64,000 nucleotides of DNA, taken from assembly GCA_965202725.1 (NCBI GenBank), contig OZ241845.1, positions 3,782,079 to 3,846,078 on the forward strand. Direction: 5' to 3'. The translations under genes and the position numbers were made by a program. The notes beneath the pieces were generated by a model. That model saw nothing but the letters and a program-made list of their open reading frames with translations, made no database searches and had not been told where the DNA came from. This document shows, in pieces, positions 9,494 through 18,726 of the stretch (within the stretch, counting starts at the first letter, position 1; each line of letters begins with the position of its first letter). The DNA is from Candidatus Poribacteria bacterium. Its GTDB lineage: Bacteria > Poribacteria > WGA-4E > WGA-3G.

Positions 9494-9518
9494 CACCCCC
9501 GTCTTGTAGACGGGGGTG
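9494..9518. terminator. GC-rich hairpin between two minus-strand genes (terminator-like)
   Basis: cacccccgtct / tgt / agacgggggtg gives an 11-bp perfect stem with a 3-nt loop. It lies 5 nt past the stop of the 9523..10995 gene. T/A runs flank it, but there is no canonical U-tract directly after the stem on the minus strand. Confidence 0.45.
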
Positions 9519-9522
9519 TATG

Positions 9523-10995
9523 TTATTTCCAGGTGTGGTTTTCCATCCACCTGAAGCGGTTTGGGATGATATCTTTGGCAGTCAGTCCCTCTATGATTCT
9601 CCCGGCTTTGTCGATAATCTCTGGGATGCCGATATGGTAGGAAGACCACATTGCAAAGGTTTCAGCGAAATTCTCTCTCAGGGAGAAGTAGTAGCGGTCG
9701 TACCGATTTACCCCAATCTCCTCCCAATCTTTTTTCTGAGCCTTTTTGTAGGACCTCGCCTCTCGACTCTCTTCCCACGGCTTTCCGATTTCTGCCGCTA
9801 TGGCATGTTGATAGGCATGCCCGATTTCGTGGATGGTGGTACCTAGATTACCGTTACTCACCACAACCCCATTTCGATAAAAGCCGCTGTAGAGCATCCC
9901 TGTTTTTGGATGCTTGATGGTCCCTTGGATTGAGTAGAGTAGATCAGGTTCTACCTTTGTCTTTCTGAGAATAGGACGAACCTTGTCTGGCCATCTCAAT
10001 CCCATGAGGATGACTCCTGGATGTCGTTGTGGATCTCGATCGTAGTACCTTGAGGGAGCGAGTCCATTCGGAAGGGTTGTTGAACTTGATCGACGTACGA
10101 TCACCTTCTTGGGCTCCAGGAACTCCTTCTCCACCCTGAGGTGGAGTTTGTTTCCTTTCACCTTTGAGAACCGATAGTAGCCGTTTCTATCCGTCTGTAC
10201 CTGCTCGCCCGTATGGGGACCAGAGACAACGGTGACCGTTGCTCCTGGTACTGCCTGTACCTGCTGCCGTTCCCAATAGCTCATCTCTTCATGCTTTGGG
10301 AAGAGTGCAACCACCTGACCAACCAGGTCAGTGGGATGCTTCTTTTTTCCCGGGACGTAGGTGAACTCTCCCGGCTTCGTGCTGAATCTATGAGCACCAT
10401 TGTTGAAGAGTAGGAGACGTCCTTCTGCGTAGCTGGAATTAAATCCTGCATCCAACCACTCCCGACCGGCAAACTCATGAATCACTAGCAGAGCGGGATC
10501 ATCCATCTCCTCCGGTATGTCATACCGACAGAGGAAAATGTGATCGGTTCCTCCCCAAGGCTTCGCGTCTCCACTTTTGAGCTCCTCGTTAGGGGTGCTC
10601 CCTGGCCTCATCCGGCACTGTATCGGCCCTTCATCCGCCCAATTGAAAATCCTTGGTCGAGCTGTCTCATCATCCGCATACACAATGAGCACATCCTTTG
10701 GGAAATCAACCTTTGTGTAGACAGTGGTTCCAAAAGGAACATGATCACCAGGAAGGATTCGTTTTTCAAAATCCCAATCCTTCCAGTAGGTGATCTTTGG
10801 ATCTTTTGCCAGTTTCTCCCGCGCTGGAGCCCCCGGAACTGCTTCTCCTGCTACCTTTCGAAGTTCACCGGTAGCAATCAGATCAGTGCTTGGAGAGATC
10901 TTCTCTCCGAGGATATCTCCAGTCTCTACATCCTCACCACCACAACCCATTACTACGACCATGGCGATGAGCAAAAACAACCAAAAGTTTCTCAT
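9523..10995 (-). CDS. Lipoprotein zinc metalloprotease (HExxH) with a carboxypeptidase-regulatory-like beta domain
   Basis: AAGGAG RBS upstream of the ATG. Lipobox-like signal LLIAMVVVMGCGG. HEIGHAYQH zinc-binding motif near the C-terminus. The VTVVSGPHTGEQVQTDRNGYYRF segment resembles CarboxypepD_reg-type domains. Confidence 0.7.
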   Translation of the reverse strand: MRNFWLFLLIAMVVVMGCGGEDVETGDILGEKISPSTDLIATGELRKVAGEAVPGAPAREKLAKDPKITYWKDWDFEKRILPGDHVPFGTTVYTKVDFPKDVLIVYADDETARPRIFNWADEGPIQCRMRPGSTPNEELKSGDAKPWGGTDHIFLCRYDIPEEMDDPALLVIHEFAGREWLDAGFNSSYAEGRLLLFNNGAHRFSTKPGEFTYVPGKKKHPTDLVGQVVALFPKHEEMSYWERQQVQAVPGATVTVVSGPHTGEQVQTDRNGYYRFSKVKGNKLHLRVEKEFLEPKKVIVRRSSSTTLPNGLAPSRYYDRDPQRHPGVILMGLRWPDKVRPILRKTKVEPDLLYSIQGTIKHPKTGMLYSGFYRNGVVVSNGNLGTTIHEIGHAYQHAIAAEIGKPWEESREARSYKKAQKKDWEEIGVNRYDRYYFSLRENFAETFAMWSSYHIGIPEIIDKAGRIIEGLTAKDIIPNRFRWMENHTWK

Positions 10996-11165
10996 TTTTG
11001 TTTACTCCTTTTTTTTCTCAGGGTAAACTGAACCTTCCAGATACACGACAACTTTTTATCCAGACGAGTTTGATGTTAAGTCGGTGCTGTGTTCAACAAC
11101 CATGCGTGCTTCCGCTAAGTGTTCTTGGAAAGCAGTGAACGTTTCAACGACGGCAGCCGTGAGAT

Positions 11166-11348
11166 TCAAAAGGTCGTATTGACGTGCTGCACTTGACTGA
11201 AGTCAAGAGACGCCACGAGGGCTTCTCCGATGATTTCAAAGAGCCCGCGCAGGTTCTCTGGGTTAGCTAACAGCCATTTCGCACTCCTATCTGCGAATTG
11301 CCCCAGGGAGTCCTTGAAATAAGAGAGGATCTCGGTGAAGTCTGCCAT
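11166..11348 (-). pseudogene. N-terminal fragment of an Rpn/YhgA-like (PD-(D/E)XK) putative transposase
   Basis: The 60-aa ORF ...FKDSLGQFADRSAKWLLANPENLRGLFEIIGEALVASLDFSQVQHVN resembles the conserved N-terminus (..F..PE.lr.Ll......v..LDFS.l) of Rpn-family proteins. The sequence after the stop does not continue the family pattern. Confidence 0.35.
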
Positions 11349-11655
11349 ATAAGAGTATTATACTTGCTTCTTTGTGGAAAGTCAATAGGTTTTGCGGCTA
11401 TATTGTATAAAAAATCTTGACTGATTTATCAAACACACGTCTCAGTAGACTATAGATTGATGGTTTAGGTCAATAAAAAACTCCCCTGGTTCGCAGGAAT
11501 AGGCACACCCTAAAAAGTTTGCGGCGAACTCGCCCACAAACTCCAAAACTGGATTATTGCCGCCTAACATCTCTGGAGAGATGCTGTCCCAACAGCCATA
11601 TGCCTATATTATAACAAAAAATTATGAAAAATACAATAAAATTAGCCTCTGTCAC

Positions 11656-11684
11656 TTGACAAAAAAAGGCTTTTTTTCTATCAT
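11656..11684 (+). promoter_or_regulatory. Orphan sigma70-type promoter candidate (TTGACA-N17-TATCAT)
   Basis: TTGACA at 11656-11661, a 17-nt spacer (A6GGCT7C) and TATCAT at 11679-11684. The next plus-strand CDS starts ~480 nt downstream, at 12161. Confidence 0.35.
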
Positions 11685-12030
11685 AAGCGTCTCGGAAGCT
11701 TCTTGTATCGGACAAACCGACAGGACAAAGAAATAAAAGAGATCCCCCAGCGAGTAAGTGCCGGCAGAGGAGGGGCCGCCCCTAAAAATCAAATCACTCG
11801 GATACTTCGGTGGTGATTTAGCACTCCCCTGGATAGAGAAACGTTTGATTGACGATTTCACGTCTACTCTCGCTTAATCTCAAACAGGTACTTGTTCGGC
11901 AGTGTGGGTCACTCAACACAGTCCTATTCTGGATGGCAACGGCTTTGATATTCCTGTGTAGCCTACCTCCTCTCTTGCTGGGGGAACGAAAGTGCGTTTG
12001 CCCTAATTGAGCTCGGAGTTGCTTCTAACT

Positions 12031-12093
12031 GCACACCCTAATAGGTTATGCTACGGCTCCTCTGAGCTGCCCACCCTGACAGGTTATGCGGCA
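12031..12093 (+). repeat. Two adjacent copies of a ~21-nt motif (gcaCACCCTaatAGGTTATGC); related copies lie at 11384-11398 and 11502-11526
   Basis: gcacaccctaataggttatgc (12031-12051) and gcccaccctgacaggttatgc (12069-12089) differ at 3 positions. gcacaccctaaaaagtttgcggc (11503-11525) shares the first 11 nt. aataggttttgcggc (11384-11398) shares the 3' half. Confidence 0.5.
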
Positions 12094-12160
12094 AAATGGC
12101 GAGCACTCGTCAATCCGTTGAACCCTGATTGCAATATTGAGACAAAGGAGTAACCGTTTT

Positions 12161-13154
12161 ATGCCGAAATTAGATCGACTTCGCCCAGTAGAGCTCCGTG
12201 AGATTTGGACAGATGAAGCACAGGACTTCACACCGTGGCACGCAAAAGAAGAAAATCTCAACCTCCTTAGTGACACCTTAGGTTTGGAACTCGAACTAGA
12301 GGGGTATGAGGTAACCGTTGGAAATTTCCGAGCGGACATACTCTGCAGGAACACAGTCGACGGATCGCGAGTGCTTATTGAGAATCAATTGGAAAAAACA
12401 GATCACAGGCATTTTGGTCAAACGCTGACCTATTCAGCGGGTTTAGATATCCACACGGTTATCTGGATCGCAAAGGCGTTTCAGGCAGACCACCGGGCCG
12501 CGTTAGATTGGCTCAATGAAACTACAAAAGAGGATTTCCAGTTTTTTGGGGTAGAGGTGAAAGTCTGGCAGATTGCGGATTCCACCCCCGCTCCACAATT
12601 TGAAGTTGTCTCCAGTCCCAATGATTGGAGTCGCACAGTGATTCAGAACACGCAGCGCGCCTTGGACGGTAAGCTTTCCGAAACACATTTACAGATGGAA
12701 AAATTCTGGATAGAATTGCGAGACCGCATGAGTAAGACAGGCAGCCACCTTCGATACCCTAAACCCGGACCGTGGAATTCTCTAAATTTTAGTATAGGAC
12801 GCGCCGACTTCGCCTTGGAAGCAAGAATGAGCACGCAAAAAAAAAGAGCTGAGTACTCGTCTCTATATGACAGGGCCAAACGCTACAGCACATTTTCACT
12901 TGCTACAGGCACAAGCGGATGACATAGCCGAAGAATTTGGTGAGGCACTTGAATGGGCGGAACTGCCGCATCGCAAAAGTAGTCGAGTGCTTTTGAAGAA
13001 GGGCGATACTGACCCAACAGACGAAACCGATTGGCAAAATCAGCACGAATGGCTGCTATCGAAACTGGAACGCTTCGACAAAGTTTTCCGCCCACGCATC
13101 AAGGCACTCAATGCTGGCGACTGGGGCCCACTTGAAGACGAGGATGAGGTATAA
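12161..13154 (+). pseudogene. PD-(D/E)XK-like / DUF4268-family protein interrupted by a frameshift in an A9 run
   Basis: ATG at 12161 with AAGGAG 10 nt upstream. The N-terminal motif FRADILC..GSRVLIENQLEKTDHRHFGQTLTYSAG is typical of the nuclease-like module fused to DUF4268. The reading frame switches at the A-run 12837-12845, and the second ORF (12867..13154 in the track, open from 12831) carries the expected DUF4268 C-terminus (..EEFGEALEWAELPHRKSSRVLL..). Confidence 0.7.
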
Positions 13155-13193
13155 ACATTCGCTGGGCGCGGGAATACTCAGAGTCCCTATAAA

Positions 13194-14381
13194 TCACGGG
13201 CACACGAACTTCCCCAGAATTTTCCGAATAGATGCCCCAGTGGCAGCAGGTAGATTTCCATATTGCCCGTGGAGTGCTTCATTCGCCAGAACTGCGAATG
13301 CAATCGCTTCCTTTGCATCCGACGAGATACCTGAGTTATCCACAGGTTCAACTGCTGTATCAGTCAACAATTGACCAAGTCTCCGCATAATCGTTTGGTT
13401 GTGGACACCGCCACCGCTCACGTAAAGCACGTCTATCGGGTGCTGTGCGCCTACAAATCTCTCAATGTAGCTTGTAATTGTCCGAACAGTCAAATCGGTC
13501 AGGGTCGCAATAGCGTCGTTGTCAGAAAGCTGGTGTGATCGACATGCCTCCAAACATTCCATTGCAAAGGTATTCCCAAACATTTCGCGTCCCGTCGTCT
13601 TTGGGGGTTGCAGTTGAAAAAACGGGTGCTTTAACCATGCGTCGATGAGTGGTTGATAAGGGGTGCCATAGGCAGCGCGTTCACCTGAGTGATCGTAGCG
13701 TTCCGTTCCCCCAGTAATCTCTCGGACAACAGCATCGATACACATGTTCCCAGGACCTGTATCCGAAGCCGAAACAGCGTCGAGCGAACAGCCTGCCGGA
13801 AGCACTGTGAGATTTGCGATACCTCCGATGTTCAGAAGACCTATCGTTTTAACGCGATGACGGAACAATAAGTAGTCTGGATATGAGACCAACGGTGCGC
13901 CTTGTCCTCCTGCTGCCATATCTGCGACTCGGAAGTCAGCAATGGTTGGGATTCCCGTCTCATGCGCGATGACCGCAGGTTCGCCAATCTGCAGTGTCGA
14001 GGCATAACGAGTGGTGTTCGGGGCTCTGGGAAGATGATGAATCGTTTGACCGTGTGAGCCGATAAGGGCAACTTTATCCGCAGGAATTCCGCTTTTTTGT
14101 AGAATATGTCTGGCAGCCTCGGCGAAGAGATGCCCAATATAGAAGTTCATTTCGCAGATGTCGGCAACGCGACCGGTGTCGGGATGGCAGAGGGCAAGGA
14201 TACGTTGCGGCACACCGGACGGGAACGGAAAGGTCTCAAAGGCGATTAGGTTTACTGCGGTTTCCAACCCGTGTCCATTAATTTCGACGACAGCTGCATC
14301 AATACCGTCAACTGAGGTACCGGACATCAGACCGATGATGGACTTTTTATCTATTTTGAGAAGCTCGTAAAATTCTTTCAT
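13194..14381 (-). CDS. anmK: Anhydro-N-acetylmuramic acid kinase
   Basis: The N-terminal motif GLMSGTSVDGIDAAVVEI, the length (395 aa) and the overall pattern are typical of AnmK. Confidence 0.9.
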   Translation of the reverse strand: MKEFYELLKIDKKSIIGLMSGTSVDGIDAAVVEINGHGLETAVNLIAFETFPFPSGVPQRILALCHPDTGRVADICEMNFYIGHLFAEAARHILQKSGIPADKVALIGSHGQTIHHLPRAPNTTRYASTLQIGEPAVIAHETGIPTIADFRVADMAAGGQGAPLVSYPDYLLFRHRVKTIGLLNIGGIANLTVLPAGCSLDAVSASDTGPGNMCIDAVVREITGGTERYDHSGERAAYGTPYQPLIDAWLKHPFFQLQPPKTTGREMFGNTFAMECLEACRSHQLSDNDAIATLTDLTVRTITSYIERFVGAQHPIDVLYVSGGGVHNQTIMRRLGQLLTDTAVEPVDNSGISSDAKEAIAFAVLANEALHGQYGNLPAATGASIRKILGKFVCP

Positions 14382-14629
14382 GGTTAAGCGTAGAACTCAG
14401 GGAAAGGTGCAAGCCTGAGATTCATGCCTTCAGGATCACCAGGATGACAGCCTTTACCCTCACTTCTAAAAGCCGATAACATGGTGGCACTGATGAATTC
14501 CGAGAAATGGTTTGAGGAGTGTTATACTCGGCGATGTATGCGCGATGTGTCCGAATGCATGATACGTTTCATCTGAAACTTGAATTTCTATTTTTTTCAC
14601 AGTTTTTTTCGCCGAATAGTTATTCCCCT

Positions 14630-16198
14630 CTAAAACGCATTGGCAATAATCACTAAGTCTAACACATTCACAACACCATCGCCGTTGAGATCCGGCTCCG
14701 TCTCGCCAAAAGCATTGCTCACAATCACTAAGTCTAACACATTCACAACACCATCGCCATTAAGATCGGAAGGTTCGCGCCCACGCGGCTGCTCTCGTAC
14801 GACTTTCAGATACATCTCGCCATCTAAATCGGGAATCTCATGCCAGTGGCGCGGGCCGACACCGCTCTCCCAGCCGGTTACCTTTTCAGGCAGATAGACC
14901 CGACGGGGTTTGCCAGAACGGTTGTAGACTGCCCAGCCGTTTGTGAACTCACGGATAAACAACCCTTCTATGACAACACCTTTCTGTGTTTGATACTGCA
15001 CGCCTTTGGTTTCATTACCGCCGAGAGGCCGACCGAGATCGGCATTCCAGAAATCATGCCAGATAATATCGTGACCAGCTGGCAAACTTCTGCCAAGGTT
15101 GTACGAGACATAGCCATCGGAATGTGTCAGACTCAGCGTCGTAAAAAGTCGCATCCATTTTCGATTGTTTGGACTCGTCGGTGCTTCCCATTCTAATCCA
15201 AAACCCTCTAAATAATTAATGCGCGGTTCACGAAAATGTGTCTCATTCCAAAGCAGCGAATCTTCTATAATCAGCAATTGTTCAAGAGAATAAACTGTGC
15301 CGGGATCCTTCGCCACCTCCATATACGCCCCATTGAGGTGAGGTGCCAACCCTGGCGATTTTGAATAACCTGCGTTGATGGCAATCAAAAAATCGTCGTC
15401 TATCTGTTTTCTTGCCTCGCGAAGTATATGGATTAACCCATCTCTATATTCTTTTCGAATCTTTAAGGGTAAATCCCCCATACCTGCGATGCGGTATCCG
15501 TCCTCTGCAACACTATCTATTAAGGTGCCGTCCCATACGCCACAATTTGCTTGCCCCACCCAGTGCGAAATCATGTGTTCCTGAACGTCAGGATTCCGTA
15601 AATCTATCATAAAAACATTGGGGTCTGGATACTGGACTCTATTTCCAGCATAATGGAGCCAATACTTTGGATCGTCGGGGAATGCATCTAAATAGTCAGA
15701 ATGTAGACTTACACCTGACATATAAACGAAATTCGGGTTTTTACGATGATAGTAACGCTGTCGGTTCAGCACCCACTCCGTATCAATAAAAATGTTTGGA
15801 ATCGTTAGCCTATGTTCAGTATCACCGCCTTGTGGTTGATGGCTTATCGTCCATCGCTCAAAGCTTTCGTATGGATTCCAGTCAGAATAGACGAGATCCA
15901 GGTATTCTACGATTTCTGGGTATACATGTATCGGATGGGGTCGGGGGTTTTCGTCCCAGTCCCATTCTATCGGGGGCACGTGCGGGGACACTTGCCACTG
16001 TGCTGGGTTCTCATCTGGATGTGGGCGGATAATACCCCAAGCCGCCACAGAAGGAAAGGAACGGTTTTCAATCCTATCTGTCACAGGTGAAATGTGCGAG
16101 AAATCTGCTAAATCACACTCTTGGAGATGTCCGTCAGGGTGGCTCTGCTCAAGAAAAAGAACACCCAAAAATAGAAACACTGCGAAAAATGTTTTCAT
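14630..16198 (-). CDS. Secreted protein (possible glycoside-hydrolase-like catalytic region) with a C-terminal type I dockerin pair
   Basis: AGGAGG RBS and a signal peptide. The C-terminus carries two DLNGDGVVNVLDLVI(V/I)(S/A)NAF calcium-loop/helix repeats typical of dockerins. The N-terminal domain family is not securely recognised. Confidence 0.75.
   Translation of the reverse strand: MKTFFAVFLFLGVLFLEQSHPDGHLQECDLADFSHISPVTDRIENRSFPSVAAWGIIRPHPDENPAQWQVSPHVPPIEWDWDENPRPHPIHVYPEIVEYLDLVYSDWNPYESFERWTISHQPQGGDTEHRLTIPNIFIDTEWVLNRQRYYHRKNPNFVYMSGVSLHSDYLDAFPDDPKYWLHYAGNRVQYPDPNVFMIDLRNPDVQEHMISHWVGQANCGVWDGTLIDSVAEDGYRIAGMGDLPLKIRKEYRDGLIHILREARKQIDDDFLIAINAGYSKSPGLAPHLNGAYMEVAKDPGTVYSLEQLLIIEDSLLWNETHFREPRINYLEGFGLEWEAPTSPNNRKWMRLFTTLSLTHSDGYVSYNLGRSLPAGHDIIWHDFWNADLGRPLGGNETKGVQYQTQKGVVIEGLFIREFTNGWAVYNRSGKPRRVYLPEKVTGWESGVGPRHWHEIPDLDGEMYLKVVREQPRGREPSDLNGDGVVNVLDLVIVSNAFGETEPDLNGDGVVNVLDLVIIANAF
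14633..14767 (-). repeat. 75-nt period tandem duplication encoding the two dockerin segments
   Basis: An exact 36-nt identity links 14648-14683 and 14723-14758 (aatcactaagtctaacacattcacaacaccatcgcc). Confidence 0.85.
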
Positions 16199-16516
16199 CG
16201 TTACCTCCTTTTTGCTGTCTCAACCGACTGCCAAAAGTCTTTTGACTCAAAAACATCCCGAGAGAAGCCCAAGGGCCGACCTTCAAAAGGCGATGGCATC
16301 GGCTGTAGCGATGTATCCCCAAAATTTTTCCTATACGCAACAGAGATACCAATGGGTTTTCTATTTTTTCGTAATACGTAGTTTCATCAATACCAACTGA
16401 AAGCCAATGATTGGGAGGTTAGTTGGTATGTTATCAGAGTTTCAAACCCTTTTCAAGCATAAAAACAAGTAACCCTTGGTTTTGTTGTTTAACGGGTAAA
16501 ATGTAAAAAAATAAGT

Positions 16517-16545
16517 TTGCGTTTCTGAGGGAAAGGGTGTATACT
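16517..16545 (+). promoter_or_regulatory. sigma70-type promoter candidate (TTGCGT-N17-TATACT)
   Basis: TTGCGT at 16517-16522, a 17-nt spacer and TATACT at 16540-16545. It lies ~65 nt upstream of the ATG at 16610. Confidence 0.4.
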
Positions 16546-16609
16546 CGTAGTTGGCAGCCCTGAGATCTAAATGCGTTTTTTTGAAACAATAACCACAAGG
16601 AGGAGACAG

Positions 16610-17359
16610 ATGGCGCGGTATAAAGAAAATGGTGGAAGTCTGGGTTCTGCCCCGACCCAAGACAGCCAACTGTATCCCGAAACGGATGGGAAACCTATGG
16701 CAGCAAGTGATGAGCATAGACGTGTACTGATGAACCTGCTTCGTCTGCTTGAAGCGTTTTTTGCTCAGACTCCAGACACGTACGTCTCTGGGGATATATT
16801 GATGTATTATTTTCAAGGGGACCCTCGGAAAGTCGTATCGCCTGATGTTCTGGTTACTTTGGGCATCGGTCAGAAACTCCGCAAGACATATCGCGTCTGG
16901 CAGGAGGGTAAGCCTCCCGATTTCGTGCTGGAATTGTCGAGTGAAACGACTTATAGGAACGACTTAGCGGAAAAGATGGAGATTTACGCGACGTTAGGGA
17001 TCCCGGAATATTTCTTGGCGGATCTAGAGGGGGTATATTTACCGACACCGCTGATGGGATTTAGGTTAGTAGATCGGGTTTATGAGCAGATATCTCCTGG
17101 CAGAGACGGTGAGGTGCATGCCTCTGTACTGGGTTTAGATTTCCACCTGCGTCTTGGAGGGATACAGCTTTATGATCCCGTCGGGGACAAGTGGCTTCAG
17201 TTGCCTGAAGAAGCCGCGGAAGCCCGTGCCGAGCAAGCCGAATCCCGCGCGGAACAGGCGGCTCTCGCCCGCCAGCAGGAGACCGCCCGCGCTGAAGCAG
17301 CTGAGTCAGAAGCGGCAGCATTGCGCGCTGAACTCGCCCGTTTGCGAGGAAACCCCTGA
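16610..17359 (+). CDS. Uma2-family (DUF820) putative endonuclease with a C-terminal Ala/Glu/Arg coiled-coil tail
   Basis: ATG at 16610 preceded by AAGGAGGAG. Uma2 pattern: YPETDGKPMA..H......L...L.......YVSGD..MYY......VSPDV.V..G........Y..W.EGK.PDFVLE..S..T...D...K...Y...GIPEY. The tail reads AEARAEQAESRAEQAALARQQETARAEAAESEAAALRAELARLRG. Confidence 0.85.
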   Translation: MARYKENGGSLGSAPTQDSQLYPETDGKPMAASDEHRRVLMNLLRLLEAFFAQTPDTYVSGDILMYYFQGDPRKVVSPDVLVTLGIGQKLRKTYRVWQEGKPPDFVLELSSETTYRNDLAEKMEIYATLGIPEYFLADLEGVYLPTPLMGFRLVDRVYEQISPGRDGEVHASVLGLDFHLRLGGIQLYDPVGDKWLQLPEEAAEARAEQAESRAEQAALARQQETARAEAAESEAAALRAELARLRGNP

Positions 17360-17402
17360 TGCTTCCGCTCTCAAGCCTCCGATCAGGTTGTAGGGGCTTT
17401 GG

Positions 17403-18629
17403 CTAAGTGTAAGTGTGGTACTGCGTTGCAGTATTAATCCATGTCTGTAGTGATGGAATCCATTTTTTTTCTATTTCGTCAACAGACCTCCTATTCATAA
17501 GATCGTTTCGGATCCAGCTATTTCCTGATAACCTGTCAAAGTGGGAGGTTCGGAACGCAAACTGATCGCTGTATTCGGAGGTAAGAACAGCTAACATATA
17601 GAGGGCTGTTTCTATTGGGCGGAAACGTTCCCTATCTGTAACGTGAATTGCGACCCCACCACAAGCCTGTTTTGCGTATTTTGTGCTTTCAGTAGCGGGA
17701 GCGGGTGTAAAAACGACAGGTCGGAATCGGACCCCCGGAAGCCTCAATCCATTCAGCGTTTCTGCCCATCTTTCGCCATCACACCAAGGAGCACCGATGT
17801 ATTCAAACGGCTTCGTTGTTCCGCGTCCCTCGCTCATATTTGTTCCTTCAAATAGACATAAACCTGGATAGAGTGTCGCTGTCGTGGGCGTTGGTATATT
17901 CGGTGATGGTGGCACCCATTGCAAACCTGTATCATCAGCCCACATCCAACGTTCGTATCCGTGCATCCACGCGACCTTTAACCGACACGAAGGTACACGT
18001 TCTGCTTTCAAGAGCATCGCCAGCTCTCCGATTGTCAGACCGTAGCGGATCGGTATCGCGTGTATCCCAACGAAGGATTCAAATCCGTTTGCTAACACAG
18101 TTCCGTCTACAGTCTTGCAGCCAATCGGATTGGGTCGGTCAGCGACGATAAATTCAACACCGTGGGCGCTTGCGGCTTCCATTGCATAGAGCAGTGTCGA
18201 GATGTAGGTATAGTAGCGCACACCGACATCCTGCATATCATAGACGAGCAGATCTATACCTTCAAGTTGCTCCGCTGTCGGGCGCATCGATTGACCATAC
18301 AGACTGAAAACTTTTTTAACGATTAAATCTGGGCTGCTGCGTCCGTTGTCCTTGCAGGTTTTCGTCGAAGCTAACACGCTATTGACAGGCATGCCGTCTT
18401 GTAAGGAACCCCAAAGTCCGTGTTCTGGCGAGAAAATCGCGGCAAGTTGGCAATCGGCATCTTCTGCCAGAAGCCGATAGTTGCTCTGTAAGGTAGCATC
18501 AACACCTGCGTGATTCGTGATAAGTCCTATGGATTTCCCTTGAATCCAGTCACGTTTCTCTGTAAGTAGGACAGTCAATCCTAATTCAATTTTATGGGAT
18601 CGTTCTGTGCAAGACATCTGGTTTCTCAT
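17403..18629 (-). CDS. DUF1343-family protein (NamZ-like exo-beta-N-acetylmuramidase)
   Basis: Motifs GLITNHAGVD, FSPEHGLWG, DLLVYDMQDVGVRYYTYISTL and FIVADRPNPIG are characteristic of DUF1343/NamZ (YbbC) proteins. Confidence 0.85.
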   Translation of the reverse strand: MRNQMSCTERSHKIELGLTVLLTEKRDWIQGKSIGLITNHAGVDATLQSNYRLLAEDADCQLAAIFSPEHGLWGSLQDGMPVNSVLASTKTCKDNGRSSPDLIVKKVFSLYGQSMRPTAEQLEGIDLLVYDMQDVGVRYYTYISTLLYAMEAASAHGVEFIVADRPNPIGCKTVDGTVLANGFESFVGIHAIPIRYGLTIGELAMLLKAERVPSCRLKVAWMHGYERWMWADDTGLQWVPPSPNIPTPTTATLYPGLCLFEGTNMSEGRGTTKPFEYIGAPWCDGERWAETLNGLRLPGVRFRPVVFTPAPATESTKYAKQACGGVAIHVTDRERFRPIETALYMLAVLTSEYSDQFAFRTSHFDRLSGNSWIRNDLMNRRSVDEIEKKWIPSLQTWINTATQYHTYT

Positions 18630-18726
18630 GGTGTGAGGGCGGGGTAACCTTACCCTACATTATGGTAAGCAGTCGTAACGGTTACAAATCATCGGATTGC
18701 TATACGCATTTTTAAAACGACAACCA

